Shown here: one piece after another, positions 1 to 12,509 of the stretch | Layout: every line of letters begins with the position of its first letter | Numbering within the stretch: the stretch's first letter is position 1 | Assembly: GCF_009914755.1 (NCBI RefSeq) | Contig: NC_060934.1 | Strand: one strand, 5' to 3' | From: the human T2T-CHM13v2.0 reference genome, Homo sapiens | Length of the DNA stretch: 64,000 nt | Position numbers and translations under genes: made by a program | The notes under the pieces: model-generated | Databases searched by the model: none | Told to the model about the DNA's origin: nothing | What the model saw: only the letters and a program-made list of their open reading frames with translations

Positions 1-1599
1 ACGGATTCAACAACTAACTTCAGTATGTCAATCTAGTGTTTTCAGGTTATGTTTCTTTGCTGAGGAAATGCTTGATTAGAAAATTAGTTACTGTACTGGG
101 CCTCCAGTTTTAGTCCATTGGACCTTAAATGAAAAATAAAGGGTAGAAAGGATTTGCTGTTTTTCTGTACACATACAAATGAGCGAGAATCCAGGGAGGA
201 AAATATTAAGTCTTCAATTTTTGATGTGCATTGTCTCATACCCAGAATGCCTTCTTTCATTAGGCTATTTATAGGATGTGTTCACAGCTGACTTAATTAT
301 GACACAAAATCAGTGAATGGGAGAGGCTTACCCCACTGAGAAAGAGAGAAAGACTAAAAGAGGGAAACCTGAACTCCAACCAGGCTACCACTGAAAGTTT
401 ACATGGGAGAGCTCTGGCCATGCCACCAAGCTCCCTGATTTTTTCCTCCAGCCTTTCAGTCTAGGTAAAAACAGTGCAGACTTCAAAACAAGTCTAGTAG
501 TCCCCACTTCTGAGGAGACTCCACACTTTAAAAAAAGAGAAATTTAATGGCAGAAACTGTCACCAATTAAGATAATTAAAATGATCAAGCAACCAGAATA
601 GAATCATCAATATTGGACAATATTCCACAGTCTCTGACCAGCCTCAACAAAGTAACAAAAGTACCAAATTCTTTAGAAAATCACTTCTCAGTGATTATTT
701 ATACATAAAGTTACACTAGTTCAATCTGAGTCTGATGATAATAGATCAAACATAATTATAAATTGCTCAACCTTCATGAGCACACCCCTAGCTTAATCTG
801 TATATGGCCAGATAACAGTATGTGGATTTTTTTTTTTCCTTTTAAAATTTGAGGCTGTGGTTGGAAATACAAATTGCCAAACAAAACCAAATTACAGAAA
901 CCAGTCTATTACAGCTTTCAGAGAATCATAAGGGACATTAAACTTGAATGAACATTACAAGAGCTAAAACTCAGCTTGAATTGAGGCACGTTCATTTCAA
1001 TTGTATTTGATTATTCTTGTTATATTATTACTATGTTCATAACTGTTGTGATATTTCAGTACAGAGTGATTTCTCCCCAAATGTAATGTGGCTTGAAATC
1101 AAGAATGCCAACAGTGGTTTGTGTTGAGCCCCATTTTAGAGGCAATTCCTCAGGCAGTAGTTCATTCTGGAAGCTCAAAGCAATTTGCTGGTCAGAGCTT
1201 GAGCACTTGTAATTGGAGAGAAAGATCCTTTGGAAAAAACCACCAAATTTAAGCCTAAGCATTATCTTTAATAATTGCATCTTCATGTGCTGGTGCTGCA
1301 ACTACATAATGTACCAGGCCTTCGGACAAGGTGCTATCTCTGTTGTAAATGCCTCCCTTCCTTTAGTCTTCCTGGTAAATTCTTCCTCTTCGTTCAGGTT
1401 TCACCTCTAATAGACGTTCCCTTTTATTTCTCCATGTAGGGTTGATTATAAAAAATGTATAAATAATAATGATAACATTTATTGTTTTCATGTGTGTAAA
1501 ACTATAGGTTTTATCTATAATATGTTGCATTTTAATGCAAATTAAAATATAGATTTTAATCTTCTGTTTACATACCCACCTTCTGCAACAGACTATTAC

Positions 1600-1795
1600 T
1601 TTCTCAAGAGGGGAAATGTTCTTTGCTCAACTTTGTATTTGCAGTATTCAACAAAGTGATGACACCGAATAGACATAATAAATATTAATTGAGTAGATTT
1701 CTACCACTGTGAAATGAGGATGATGGTATCTGTGCTTTCCATCTTATGGATTTGTTGTAAGAATCAAGTAAAATAATGTGTATGAAAGTTCTGTG
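1600..1795 (+). mobile_element. L2 3'-end relic followed by MIR core fragment
   Basis: 'aatagacataataaatattaattgag' resembles the L2 tail; 'ctgtgaaatgaggatgatggta...gttgtaagaatcaagtaaaataatgtgtatgaaagt' resembles the MIR core. Confidence 0.55.
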
Positions 1796-2239
1796 TTGAC
1801 TAAAACATACTCTGCACATATCAGAAGTTCTGCTAATCTCTCAACTAGACAAATATCATCTGTATTAGCAATCACAGAGATCCTTGTTAAAACAGCTGGA
1901 ATCTCAGTGTGGTGAGAACCCAAGCTCCTTTCCTCCTCAGCTGCTCAATAAGAATAGAAAAATCTAACGCATCCTATGTTAAAAAGCTGAAGTGTCCATT
2001 GTGGTTCTTCTGAGGAAAATGTAGACTCTAGAGAAATGTAGAGTGTGATTAGATGATGAGACGTTTTGAATTTAAAATCCCATTAAATATTTATTTACAG
2101 ATATTCTTCTGCAGTGCACACTTTGTCGAACAGGTTTGCCTCTGAAATGTGAAGTCTTTCCCCTCCTCTGAAGGAGTTAGTTAAAGAGAGAAAGGTTATA
2201 TGGCACTTTCTGCTTCATTGTGATGCATGAGAATGTGCA

Positions 2240-2635
2240 TTAGCCCAAATGTTTACCCACAATGAATTAAAAAATAAATTGTGTATATGGGTGCAGGGAA
2301 CTACTATAGAGCAGTTAAAATGAACTGTTACTAATGCTGTAACTTGAGTGATTCACATAGGCATGCTATTATGCAAAAATGCCAGTGTTTTAACAGAAAA
2401 CACACTATCTGATTCCACATAAGTGAAGTGAAAGAATAGGCAAAAAGTAGTATGTGGTGATGGAAGTCAAAATAGCGGTAAATTCTGGATCAGTTTTTGA
2501 GTGAGAAAGAGACTGAGAGAGCCCCAAGGGAGCTGGAAATGTTCTATATAGATATGAAAGTTATTGAGCTGACCATTTAAGATTTATGCACCTCGCTCTG
2601 TGTATGTAATTTCTCAATAAAAAGTGTGACATAAA
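2240..2635 (+). mobile_element. Old L1 (L1ME/L1MC-type) 3' UTR fragment
   Basis: 'ggaagtcaaaatagcggt...gagctggaaatgttctatat...gatttatgcacctcgctctgtgtatgtaatttctcaataaaa' matches old L1M 3' end layout. Confidence 0.7.
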
Positions 2636-3735
2636 AAAGGAAGGTAAACCTGCTTTTGGGGGATGAGGTCCATGAGGAAAAATACATGAGAAGAGACACA
2701 GATTCACTCTTCTCTCTTTCTAGATTAGACTGGTTGTCCCTAGAGGGAAGAGATGATGACTGGCTTACCTGGCTCTGTATCTCGTTAACATGCTCATTCT
2801 TTTGTTGTAGATACATTTTGGGCTGCTTTCAATTTGTGCTATGATGAATAAAGCTGCTCTAACATAATTTACATGTCTTTTTCATGGTTATCTGTACCGA
2901 TTTCTTTTGGTTATATACTTAGCTGTAAAATTATATGTGGCACCTAATAGGTGATTAATAACCATTTGTTAAATAAAAATGAACATATGAGGAAATTAAT
3001 GAGTAAATAATCTTAAAAATGATCCATGCACAGTGCAGGGACTTCGCTCCCTTTAGGGGAAGAGTGTTGCAAAAGGCTGGAGATGGGATGCGAAGGGATG
3101 AGATCTGGTTCCTAAAGCAGGACCTGATACCATTTACCCAGGGGCTGATTTCAATCCAGAAAGAACATATATAGTGACCCTGCCCTGAGATGCAGGCTAC
3201 AGCAAGTGGGGTCAGGTAGAGTCTGCTACTTGGGTATGCTCAGCAATCACTGGTACGGCCCCTGTCCCTTTGTGTGAGTCAGTGAAGGGGTCCAGGAGGA
3301 GGAGCAAGAGGTACACAACTCCGGCTCTGCTTATAGGCAACACTCTATCATCTGGATGAGTCACTTTAGTTTTCCGAGTGTCCCTTTGGGTCATCTCAAA
3401 ATTGGTGAAAAGGCAGATCACTGCGCTTCTCTGACATTCCTGATTCCTGAGAGGAGAGTGAGGGCAGCTGCTTGTGGGTTGTGGCACAACCTAAGCAACT
3501 TACAACAGCCAGTAAAAATTTTTTGCAGTATTGACTTTCAGTTGTCAAATTTGTACAAATTTGCTCATTTGAATGTATAATACACCTATGAGTTTTATTA
3601 TAAAATAAAGTTTATTATAAAGGCTTCTAAAGGCATAGAACTCTGAAACCCAAGTCATGTTTAAGTCTTGATTTCCAAGGGCTCTTGGCATTATTATCAC
3701 ATACTCTGGATGTTGGTGAATTCAGTAGTAGATGA

Positions 3736-4138
<403 letters not shown>

Positions 4139-5649
4139 CTGTTATCTTCCATTTCATAGTATCCTAGCCTGAAAATAGTTGTCTAGTAATTTATGAGCCA
4201 GCAAACTTATATAACTTATATAGGTTTCTTCATTGTATCTTTGAATTCAATCATTCTTTACTAACTGATAAACTCTTGCCTTTATAGTTATCCTACATTT
4301 CCAAATCTGTGATCAAGTAAGCTAGACATCAAGTGAAAAGTTACTCCAGTTTCTAGAAAATTGTGCCATGATCATTTCTTAGTGCCTGCGACAGTTAGTC
4401 CACTTACTTCTGAACAATAAGCTGTTGAAAAACTTCATTTAGAATTTGTATTCATTATTTTCATGTTTTCTTTCTCTTACTAATTAGATTCATAATTGCA
4501 AGACTTGCTCTGACAGTAGTAAACAACTGTGTTTACCATTTAAGAAGAATGCCTGTGCTTCTGAGAATTAATAGATGATGACAAGTGCCACGATTGTGTA
4601 GCAAATTAATATAATATATTCTAATATGAAAGTTGCTAGGGAGACTTTGCCAACTTTCCTCCTCCTGCTGTCTCATACTCAGCGAAAGCCTGTGAGGGGC
4701 CAAAGGGAAATTCTGCCTAGGCTTCAGCCCTCAGGAGAACATTTCCACAATGAAAATGGAGAAATTATAGAACCCTTAAATCGGAAGGCTGTCTCCACTC
4801 CTTGAAACAGGAAGAGAGGAGCCCCTGTCCCAAGTAGGTAAATTTGGTTTAAAAAAAAATTATTAAAAGTAAGGATATAATTCTCAGTTTGAAAGATCAT
4901 CCCAAAGGCACATCTCTCAGACATCACAAGTAACAACTGCATGCCATAGAAAATAATTTTTCAGCCTTAGAACACCAAATCATCAATATGTTGTCTTTTG
5001 AGAGAAACAATTCCACGTGAGAAATAGGAACTAATCTGAAGAGGAAAAAATGTGCTGCTGCCTTTACAACAGACTCTTTATTTACATTTGACAATACATG
5101 CCATAATTATGTGTATTGAAACAGATCCCTGAAACCAACTGGTGTCTCATGTAACAGTAATTCATATTTATGGATCACTGCTGACCTAGTCTTTCCAACC
5201 ACACAGATGATAGAAACTCCCTTGCTGAATGAAACAGCCTCTTGGAATCAGCATCATATATTGTTTGCTTGAGCTGAATGAAAGTAAATAAAACATGAGA
5301 TGGGTATCAATTATCCCTGATCTTCTAAAAATTTAGAAAATAATGCCCGAAGATGAACCAAGAGAGACTGATGTCTTGGTTTATCTTTATAAAAACAGAC
5401 ATTTTAATTTTATTTAAAGATTAAAATGAGAATTAATTATTTTGTGATAAATAAATGTGAGGGTTATCTTCAAGAAGCAAGTTATTTGCTTCCGACTGCA
5501 GTAGAATTCATATTTAAAATAACTGTATTTATACACACATACATATGTTATATATAATATATATGCATGTACATACACACACGTATGTAATGTATATAAT
5601 GTACGTGCGTGTGTAGTTAAAAAAAATGCATTCAGGGAAGCTTGCATAC

Positions 5650-6055
5650 ATCCAAAGAGTACAGCTTAGCATCCCAGATAAAAACTCAGATCATTACTCA
5701 TACTCCAGAATCCTACCCATGTACTCTCTCTCAGTCTTTATTGCCACCCCCTCCCCCACGCCCAGGTAATGTTATTCTTGCTTCTATTAACATAGATTAG
5801 TTTTGCTTCTTTGGGAATTTATATAAATAAACTATCTATGAGTATCTACTCTTTCATATCTGTCTTCTTTGGTTGAACATTGTGTGTATGAGATCCAGCC
5901 ACACTTCTGCATGTAGTTGTAATTTACTCTTACTGTATATATTATCAAATTTGTAAATATACTACAAAGCTTTCTTCTATTGTTGATTGATATTTGAGTA
6001 TTTTTCTTAGATTCATTTTAAATGATGTTCGAATGAACTTTTTATAATTCTATAA
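5650..6055 (-). mobile_element. Old L1ME 3' region fragment
   Basis: 'catagattagttttgc...tttcatatctgtcttctttggttgaacattgtgtgtatgagatccagccac' is typical antisense L1ME 3' UTR. Confidence 0.65.
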
Positions 6056-6124
6056 TTGAAATACATATTATATGAGATACAAAATAATATGTTAAACTGT
6101 AATTTGGGAGAACAAACAAATAGG

Positions 6125-6628
6125 TGTCAAAGAAAAATTGTACCAGACAGAACTCAACAGGCAAGGAAGACTTTAATAAAGAATATTGCAATAGGCGAGG
6201 GAGATTAAAGTCAACTCCACTGAAACAAAAGGCAGGTGAAATTTTAATCACTGGAATGAGCTAGTGGGATAGTGCTGGAGGACATTAGGGTGGAGATTAG
6301 CTTGGTCTATGTGATTAGCCCCTCTATGTTTCCTAACTGGCTGTTACTGGAGTTAGTTTGTACTTTCCCACAGAGACAGGAGATAGTGGCACTATCTTAC
6401 TTGATGATTATATTTCAAAGATATGGCTCCCAGGTCCTTAACAAAGACTTTGGTTATAAAACTGGCAAGAAGCTAGGAGAAGACTTACATCTCAAAAAGG
6501 CAGAGAAAGAATTTATAATTGCAAATTTTCTAAAGTAAATGCTCTAGGAAAAAGAAAGGGCCTATGGTGAGGAAGAAATCTGTTTAAAGTTTAGTAAACT
6601 AAGGGGAATGCTAAGGTAATATTGATCA
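6125..6628 (-). mobile_element. ERV1 solo LTR, MER31-like
   Basis: TG...CA ends; reverse complement matches recalled MER31 motifs (ttagcattcccct..actaaactttaaacag; agagcatttactttagaaaa; ggacctgggagccat). Confidence 0.8.
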
Positions 6629-7464
6629 TTGGAAACATGTTCAAATATTACCACATAACACTATTGCTGGTTAATTTATTTTTCATTGCATTTATTCCAC
6701 TCTGCAATTTTTATTTTTTCTACCTGTAATAAATATTTTAATCAGTCTCATTATAGATTATTGGCATCTACTAATAACTGAAAACTTACCATGTACAACC
6801 AAGGGTGCAGAAAAAAACAAGGCTTCTTTGAGCAACATGCTCCAGAGGGAAGAAGGAAAAATGAGGTCAGTGAACAAAGGATTTATGTAAAAGTTTACTG
6901 ATCACCCTGAGTTCATGTCAGAGAAGAAAAGCAAACCAGCCCTCCAATCCTCCAATCCTTTTGATGACCTGTACAAGCAGAAAAATATACAGTTTTCAAA
7001 GAAATGTGTCCAAGGAGAGACACATTTTGACGTCAACTATGTGATCATCATAATTGAAAATATGAGGGAAAAGAGACACACAAAGATGACAATAGCTCAA
7101 AACTAGGATGCATTAAAATGTTATGCTATATAGCCCTGGAGGCCCTTAATCTCAAGGAATGGTGACAGAATTGTACTTGGATTAATTTCCCATAACTCTC
7201 ACGTTTCATGAGAATTCAACATATATCTCTACACTGCACATCATTATTTCCACCCATCCTATGCCCAACTTTTCCTTACTCTTAGATAATTAATTCCATT
7301 CTGAAGCCCTATTCTGTAGAATGTATATAAATATCAGAAATATGACATAACCAACTTTTTATGAAACTTTCCCACTTATGACCTCACAGTTTGTTTACAT
7401 CTGTACCAGCAGACTGCAATTGTATTGAAGAAACACCACTGCTAAGCACCATCTCTTTGGGGGA

Positions 7465-7620
7465 GAAAGTTTGAAAAAACTGGGTTAAATTAATTACAAA
7501 TAAAAAAGGTTTCTGTATGTAAGCAATTCTTGGAGCCTTGAGTCAATTGTGATGCTTCAAGAGAGTGAGAATTTATTATGAAACATTTCTAACTATATTT
7601 GACTAAGTAATTCTTTGTAT
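7465..7620. mobile_element. Degraded hAT-Charlie-type DNA transposon fragment
   Basis: 'ctgggttaaa...ggtttctgtatgtaagcaattcttggagcc...catttctaactatatttgac' resembles a Charlie MITE; subfamily uncertain. Confidence 0.4.
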
Positions 7621-7710
7621 GTTTATGTAATTGTGTGTGTATGTGTGTGTACATGTGCATATTTAAAAACTATTTATCATACATGGAATATACAATACTT
7701 TGATACACAA

Positions 7711-8500
7711 TGAGGACTAAGCTCTGATTTTTTTTATCTTGCCCAAATTCCTATCTAAGAGGTCGGTAGAGTGATGCCCTACAAACCACAAATTCTCATC
7801 AGATGAGTTTTATTTAACCGCATATATCATGACCTACTTTCCAATTTGACTTGACTCTAGCATAACATTACGTGACAAGCAAGAAAGTCAAAATATTTTA
7901 CCCCAAAACATGTTCCTTTGCCATATTTTGAAATGGCCCTGCAAAGCTGTCCTTTGTGGGAGGAAATTTGTATTTGTAAAGAATCTCTGTTAACATAGCT
8001 AGATCCTTTTCTTCCAGGCACTCTTAATCCTGAAGATATTAATTTAGAGTCTAGCACCTTTTAAAGGTCTGAATAGTTAACATTTGTCATCTATTGTCTC
8101 TAAGGGCAGCCACTATAACACTCCAAAAGAACCTTGGTCTCCACGATCTTTTATCTTAACCCAAATATTTCCTTTCTATTGATCCCAAGACTTTAGACAA
8201 ACTCACTCAATTGTCAACCAGAAAATGTTTAAATTTACCTGTACCCTGGAGGCACCGCCATCCCTACCTGCCCCCACTTTGAGTTGTCCCACCTTTCTGG
8301 ACCAAACCAATGCATTTCTTAAATGTGTTTGATTGATGTCTCATGCTTCCCTAAAATGTATAAAACCAAGCTACACCCTGACCATCTGGGGCACATGTTC
8401 TCAGGACCTCCTGAGGGCTGTGTCATGGGCCACGGTCACTCATATTTAGCTCAGAATAAATCTCTTCAAATATTTTACAGAGTTTGCCTCTCTGTCGACA
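7711..8500 (+). mobile_element. ERV1 solo LTR, MER4E/MER4D-like (790 bp)
   Basis: Begins tgaggactaagctctgattttttttatcttgcccaaattcctatctaag and ends cagaataaatctcttcaaatattttacagagtttg...gtcgaca, the MER4-family termini; AATAAA near the 3' end. Confidence 0.9.
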
Positions 8501-8507
8501 ACACTGA

Positions 8508-8846
8508 TTAGAATCTCAAAACTCAAGTGCCTACAAGGATAAGACATCTATTGCAAATGAGTAAAGGAGACAAGGTAGGGACTTTGACAAACTGGGAAGA
8601 GCATGTTCATAAAAAGTGAGCAGCCACTGCTCTGCTCCCACTGATTACTGCCATACAGAAATTTCACCAGAGTATTTTCAGATCTTTTGTTTTTCCAAGA
8701 GAAGAGAATAATCCAGTTATTTATGTGAAATCTTCCTATTTTTGGATATTAGCAAATAACTTGGGGGTTTTTAAAACACTGCATAGGTAAAACAAAAGAA
8801 CCTGACACACAGATTGAATCCACAAGCTGCCAATGTGTAACCTCTG
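8508..8846 (+). mobile_element. MER102 (hAT-Charlie) DNA transposon
   Basis: caaactcaagtgcctaca...aaatgagt...cagatctt...caagagaag...tttatgtgaaatct...aaaacactg...acctctg follows the MER102 consensus. Confidence 0.8.
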
Positions 8847-8959
8847 AATAGCATGCATCTGCCACTTTGTGGCATCTTTTGCAAACCATAGTCTTATGAG
8901 GATATTTAAATCATGAATTTTATTATGTAAATTTTATGTGCAGAAAGAAAATGTTAATC

Positions 8960-9195
8960 CTTTTATTGAACATTACTTACCCGGCACTGTTTTGAGCACT
9001 CAAACCTATAATATTTCATTTAATCTTTACTTTGGGAAGAAATACATGGTTATCCCTAATTTTCAGACCACAAAATAGAGGCTATTAAATAGATGAAGTA
9101 GCATGTACAGGTCAAAATATTAGTAAGTAAAAGAGGTAGGATGGAGGGTATGCCTGACATTAAGTCTTGATGCCTGACCATTAATGCTATGCTGC
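8960..9195 (-). mobile_element. MIR
   Basis: tttattgaacatt...ggcactgttttgagcact...tttcatttaatctt...gaggct pattern of antisense MIR. Confidence 0.65.
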
Positions 9196-9699
9196 ATAAC
9201 TCTTCCCTTCTATAAATCAGTGTATACATAATGCATGTCCAATTACTGTCTCTTTAGTTTATACGACTGAATGTAAACTTGCTGAGGACAGGAACCATGC
9301 TGCATATATTTTTTTCCTCACACTTTAACGTTTTGTTAGACATATAAGATGTTTTAGCAAATGCTGATTTAATGAATTGGTGTTTGGATATGGGCCTGTT
9401 TAGTTTTTCTTACTCTACTGCAGGAAACAATGCATAAAGCTGAGCATTTTGTTGGCTCTTGATAATTAAAGTGAAGTATATTTTTTGAGTAATATTAAAG
9501 TAGTATAGGGTGGTGGACAAGACAATGCATTTGTCTTCCTGTCAATAACCTTGAATTTGGTGCAAGTTTATCACTAACTAGTCATTGTAGACCTTAGTCT
9601 TTTCATTTCTAAATTAAAAAAAAACATAGATTAGAAATCCCTAATTTCAATAACTGTGTGATTGGTTCATACTGTTGGGAGATCAAGCTTAAAAATTAA

Positions 9700-10360
9700 A
9701 GAATGTACTGACTCTCAGACTTAAAATTCCGACTTAGGGCTGGTTTCAGATGTGGCTTGAATCATGTCACCAGGATCCCCTCCTCTCCATCTCTTAATTC
9801 AGCGTTGCTTTTCATTGTGTGTTGGCTTTCTTCTCAAATGGCTTTCTCCTTGTAATGTGGCTGCAGAAGATCCACATCTTATATCATTTTATCTTGAGGT
9901 CCAGCTGAACAGAGGAAGCTTCCTCTTCCCTAGGCCTTGACAGTTGTGCAGAGCCAGGCCCTCATTGGCTCCAATGAGGTTGAATTCCTATCTGTGAACC
10001 AATCCCTACGGCTAGGGAGATTAGACCTGTTTACAAGCTTATACTATAAGTGTAAGAGTTCACATTAGAATCTCCTGAGGAGCTTTGAAACATACTTACA
10101 CTGTTTCCCACCCTAGAGAAATTAACTCAGAATATCTAGAGGTGAGAGTCAGGCATTAATTTTTTTAAAGCTCCCTTTGTGATTCCAATGTGAATCCTGG
10201 TTTGAAAAACCCCAGTTCAAATAATTTAGGGCCCAAACCTGAAGTTGTAACTAAGGCAAGCTCATTTCAAACACATGACCTGAGCCTTGGTAACGGGTGA
10301 TACTTCAAATGAATTTTGGGCAACTCTTTAGCAGATGATGTTTGATGCATACTGGATTTT
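9700..10360 (-). mobile_element. Old MaLR LTR (MLT1K/L-like) interrupted by MER5
   Basis: 'gttggctttcttctcaaatggctttctcc...ctcattggctcc...tgaaccaatccctacggctaggg' MLT1-type motifs on both sides of the MER5 insert. Confidence 0.55.
10040..10216. mobile_element. MER5A/B (hAT-Charlie) MITE
   Basis: 'cattagaatctcctgaggagctttgaaa...tttttaaagctccc..gtgattccaatgtg...tttgaaaaacc'. Confidence 0.75.
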
Positions 10361-11179
10361 AAAAATCTTCGGCTCCACTATTTTGAACAAAACAAATGGG
10401 GACTCCTTTTATTTTTTCCCATTATGCATCCCTTTTCCCCTTCCTATCATAAAGTGAGAGGTAAGATTCCCCTGGGCTCCCACAGTCATGTGGCTTGGCA
10501 TATCAAGTAGCCTGAGAGCTGGGAGTTAAAACCTGAGGACATTCATGTCTCTCTTTCTAGAAGTTATAGTCTGTACATTGGTCATCAATGGATGCATTAA
10601 GGCCTCCCCCAGAGATGGCTCCTTACAACATTACCCTGTTCTGCAAATTTACCTGTGACTTCCATCCACAGTATTCACATCATTCTTATGCTCTCTTGAG
10701 AGTTAATTCTTCTTATAAATAACTGACATGTTCTCCTGAAGAAAAATGTATTTCCAGATTCATGAAAATGTAAATTAGGATTTTTAACTACAAGTTCAAC
10801 AGGCTGGACTCATTCTCTGGCAATAAAGCATGTCAGAGCAATATAAAACATCTAGAAAAAACAAGCTGTGCCTTAAAATAATACCCAGACACCTGACTGT
10901 ATCTTCCAGAAAATAGAGACTTTAGCTGAGGTCCATGCATCAGAATCTCAGAAATTCTGAAATGCTCTCAATTCTAGAGAACTCATCAACATCATTTCAG
11001 TGCTGTAGCAGGTATCTTCTATGCAAAATAATCTCTTTCATAGTCCAAAAAGCTAAATGTGTTATACCTAAATACATTTCCCTGCTAGGCATTTCCACCT
11101 CTGGCTTCTCTAACATTCCTTGCACAGGGGTCCCGCCTGTTCACCATGTTCTCTACAAAGATCTTCAGAGGTATAACCA

Positions 11180-11575
11180 TTGATAGTAAAAAGACAACAT
11201 AAATTCATACCTATGTTATGACAGGCACTGCCTCAGTTCTATATAGTAAATGCTTTCTCTGCAGCCATATGAGTTAAGGAGCATTCTAATTCACTTCCAA
11301 AGGTGACAACCCTGATAACCAGAGAAGTTAAGTAACTGGTTTTGATTTTACACAACTACTAAGTTGAAAAGTTAGATTTGGAACTAGAGATATTTTATTA
11401 TACCAAATCTTAAGTGTTAACCTATCAAGGAATCTAATTTATTTTCCACAAGGAAACAGTGTCTGAGGTTTTGAACTTTTTAAGAGTAGTACCTTGTTCA
11501 TTGTGGAGTGCCCTGGACCTCGTCCAATGCTTGGCACAGACTGGGTGCTCATTAAAGAATTGTTGAATGAAAGAG
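11180..11575. mobile_element. MIR (antisense) followed by L2 3' tail (sense)
   Basis: 'agagaagttaagtaactgg...cacaactactaagt' (MIR); 'gcttggcacagactgggtgctcattaaagaattgttgaatgaa' (L2 end). Confidence 0.6.
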
Positions 11576-11747
11576 ATAGGCAGGTGGGTGGTAATGATGC
11601 ATTTGGCTGTGAAACGATGTTTCAACCTCCTACTCTTTTAACTCATACTCAAATTTGACAGCTCTTTGACCAACTAAGTCTGTTATCATCAAGGAAATAG
11701 GAGCTTCCATATTCCTCCTGGCAGGTTTGGGGTACCAGATTATTTCT

Positions 11748-12052
11748 TTTTTTTTTTTTTTTTTTTTTTTTTGAGATGGAGTCTTGCTCTGTTGCCCAGG
11801 CTTGAGTGCAGTGGCATGATCTCAGCTCAATGCAAGCTCCGCCTCCCAGGTTCAAGGGATTCTCCTGGCTCCACCTCCTGAGTAGTTGGGATTTCAGGTG
11901 TGCGCCACCACGCCCAGCTAATTTTTGTATGTTTAGTAGAGACGGGGTTTCATCATGTTGGTCAGGCTGGTCTCGACCTCCTGACCTTGTGTTCTGCCTG
12001 CCTTGGCCTCCTAAAGTGCTGGGATTACAGGCGTGAGCCACCGTGCCCGACC
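11748..12052 (-). mobile_element. AluS (Sg/Sq-like), full length
   Basis: Long poly-T, complete dimer ending gtgcccgacc; TSD core ttatttcttt on both sides. Confidence 0.97.
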
Positions 12053-12239
12053 GTTTATTTCTTTTTATTTGTTCTCAGGCCAAAGAAGTAGCAAATGCTT
12101 TTCTGAACTGTATAACTGCTTTTTCCTTTCCTATTTCATCTGATGTCTCTGTTTTGGCCTTATCGCTAAATCAGTGCATATAAGAAAATGTATAGTTTTA
12201 AATACATATAAAAGACAAAAAAGAACAATCCAAAAAAAT

Positions 12240-12503
12240 CAGTGATTGAGAATGTTACCTGTGAAGATGGAAAGAGGAGAAAAAATTAAACAATAGGAAG
12301 GAAACCATATAAATGTAGAGATCAATACGGTTTCCAAAAATAGAAAAAATTCAATAAAATTGATATATGTATCTTTGAAAATAATATTAGTAATTCTGTA
12401 GCTAGACTGATGAAGTACAAATAAAGAACAAATTACCAATATCAGAATGAGAAAGGAGGATATTACTACAAATCCTATAATTATTAGTAAGACAATAAAT
12501 AAA
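12240..12503 (+). mobile_element. Old L1M ORF2 fragment (left part of host element)
   Basis: 'agctagactgatg...caaattaccaatatcagaatgagaaaggaggatattactacaaatcct' = degraded ORF2 region upstream of the RT. Confidence 0.7.
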
Positions 12504-12509
12504 GTTGTT

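Noticed and set aside
11649-12091. 130-aa and overlapping ORFs (similar ones at 3853, 21233, 26413, 48758, 63399)
   Set aside because: Translations of Alu sequence
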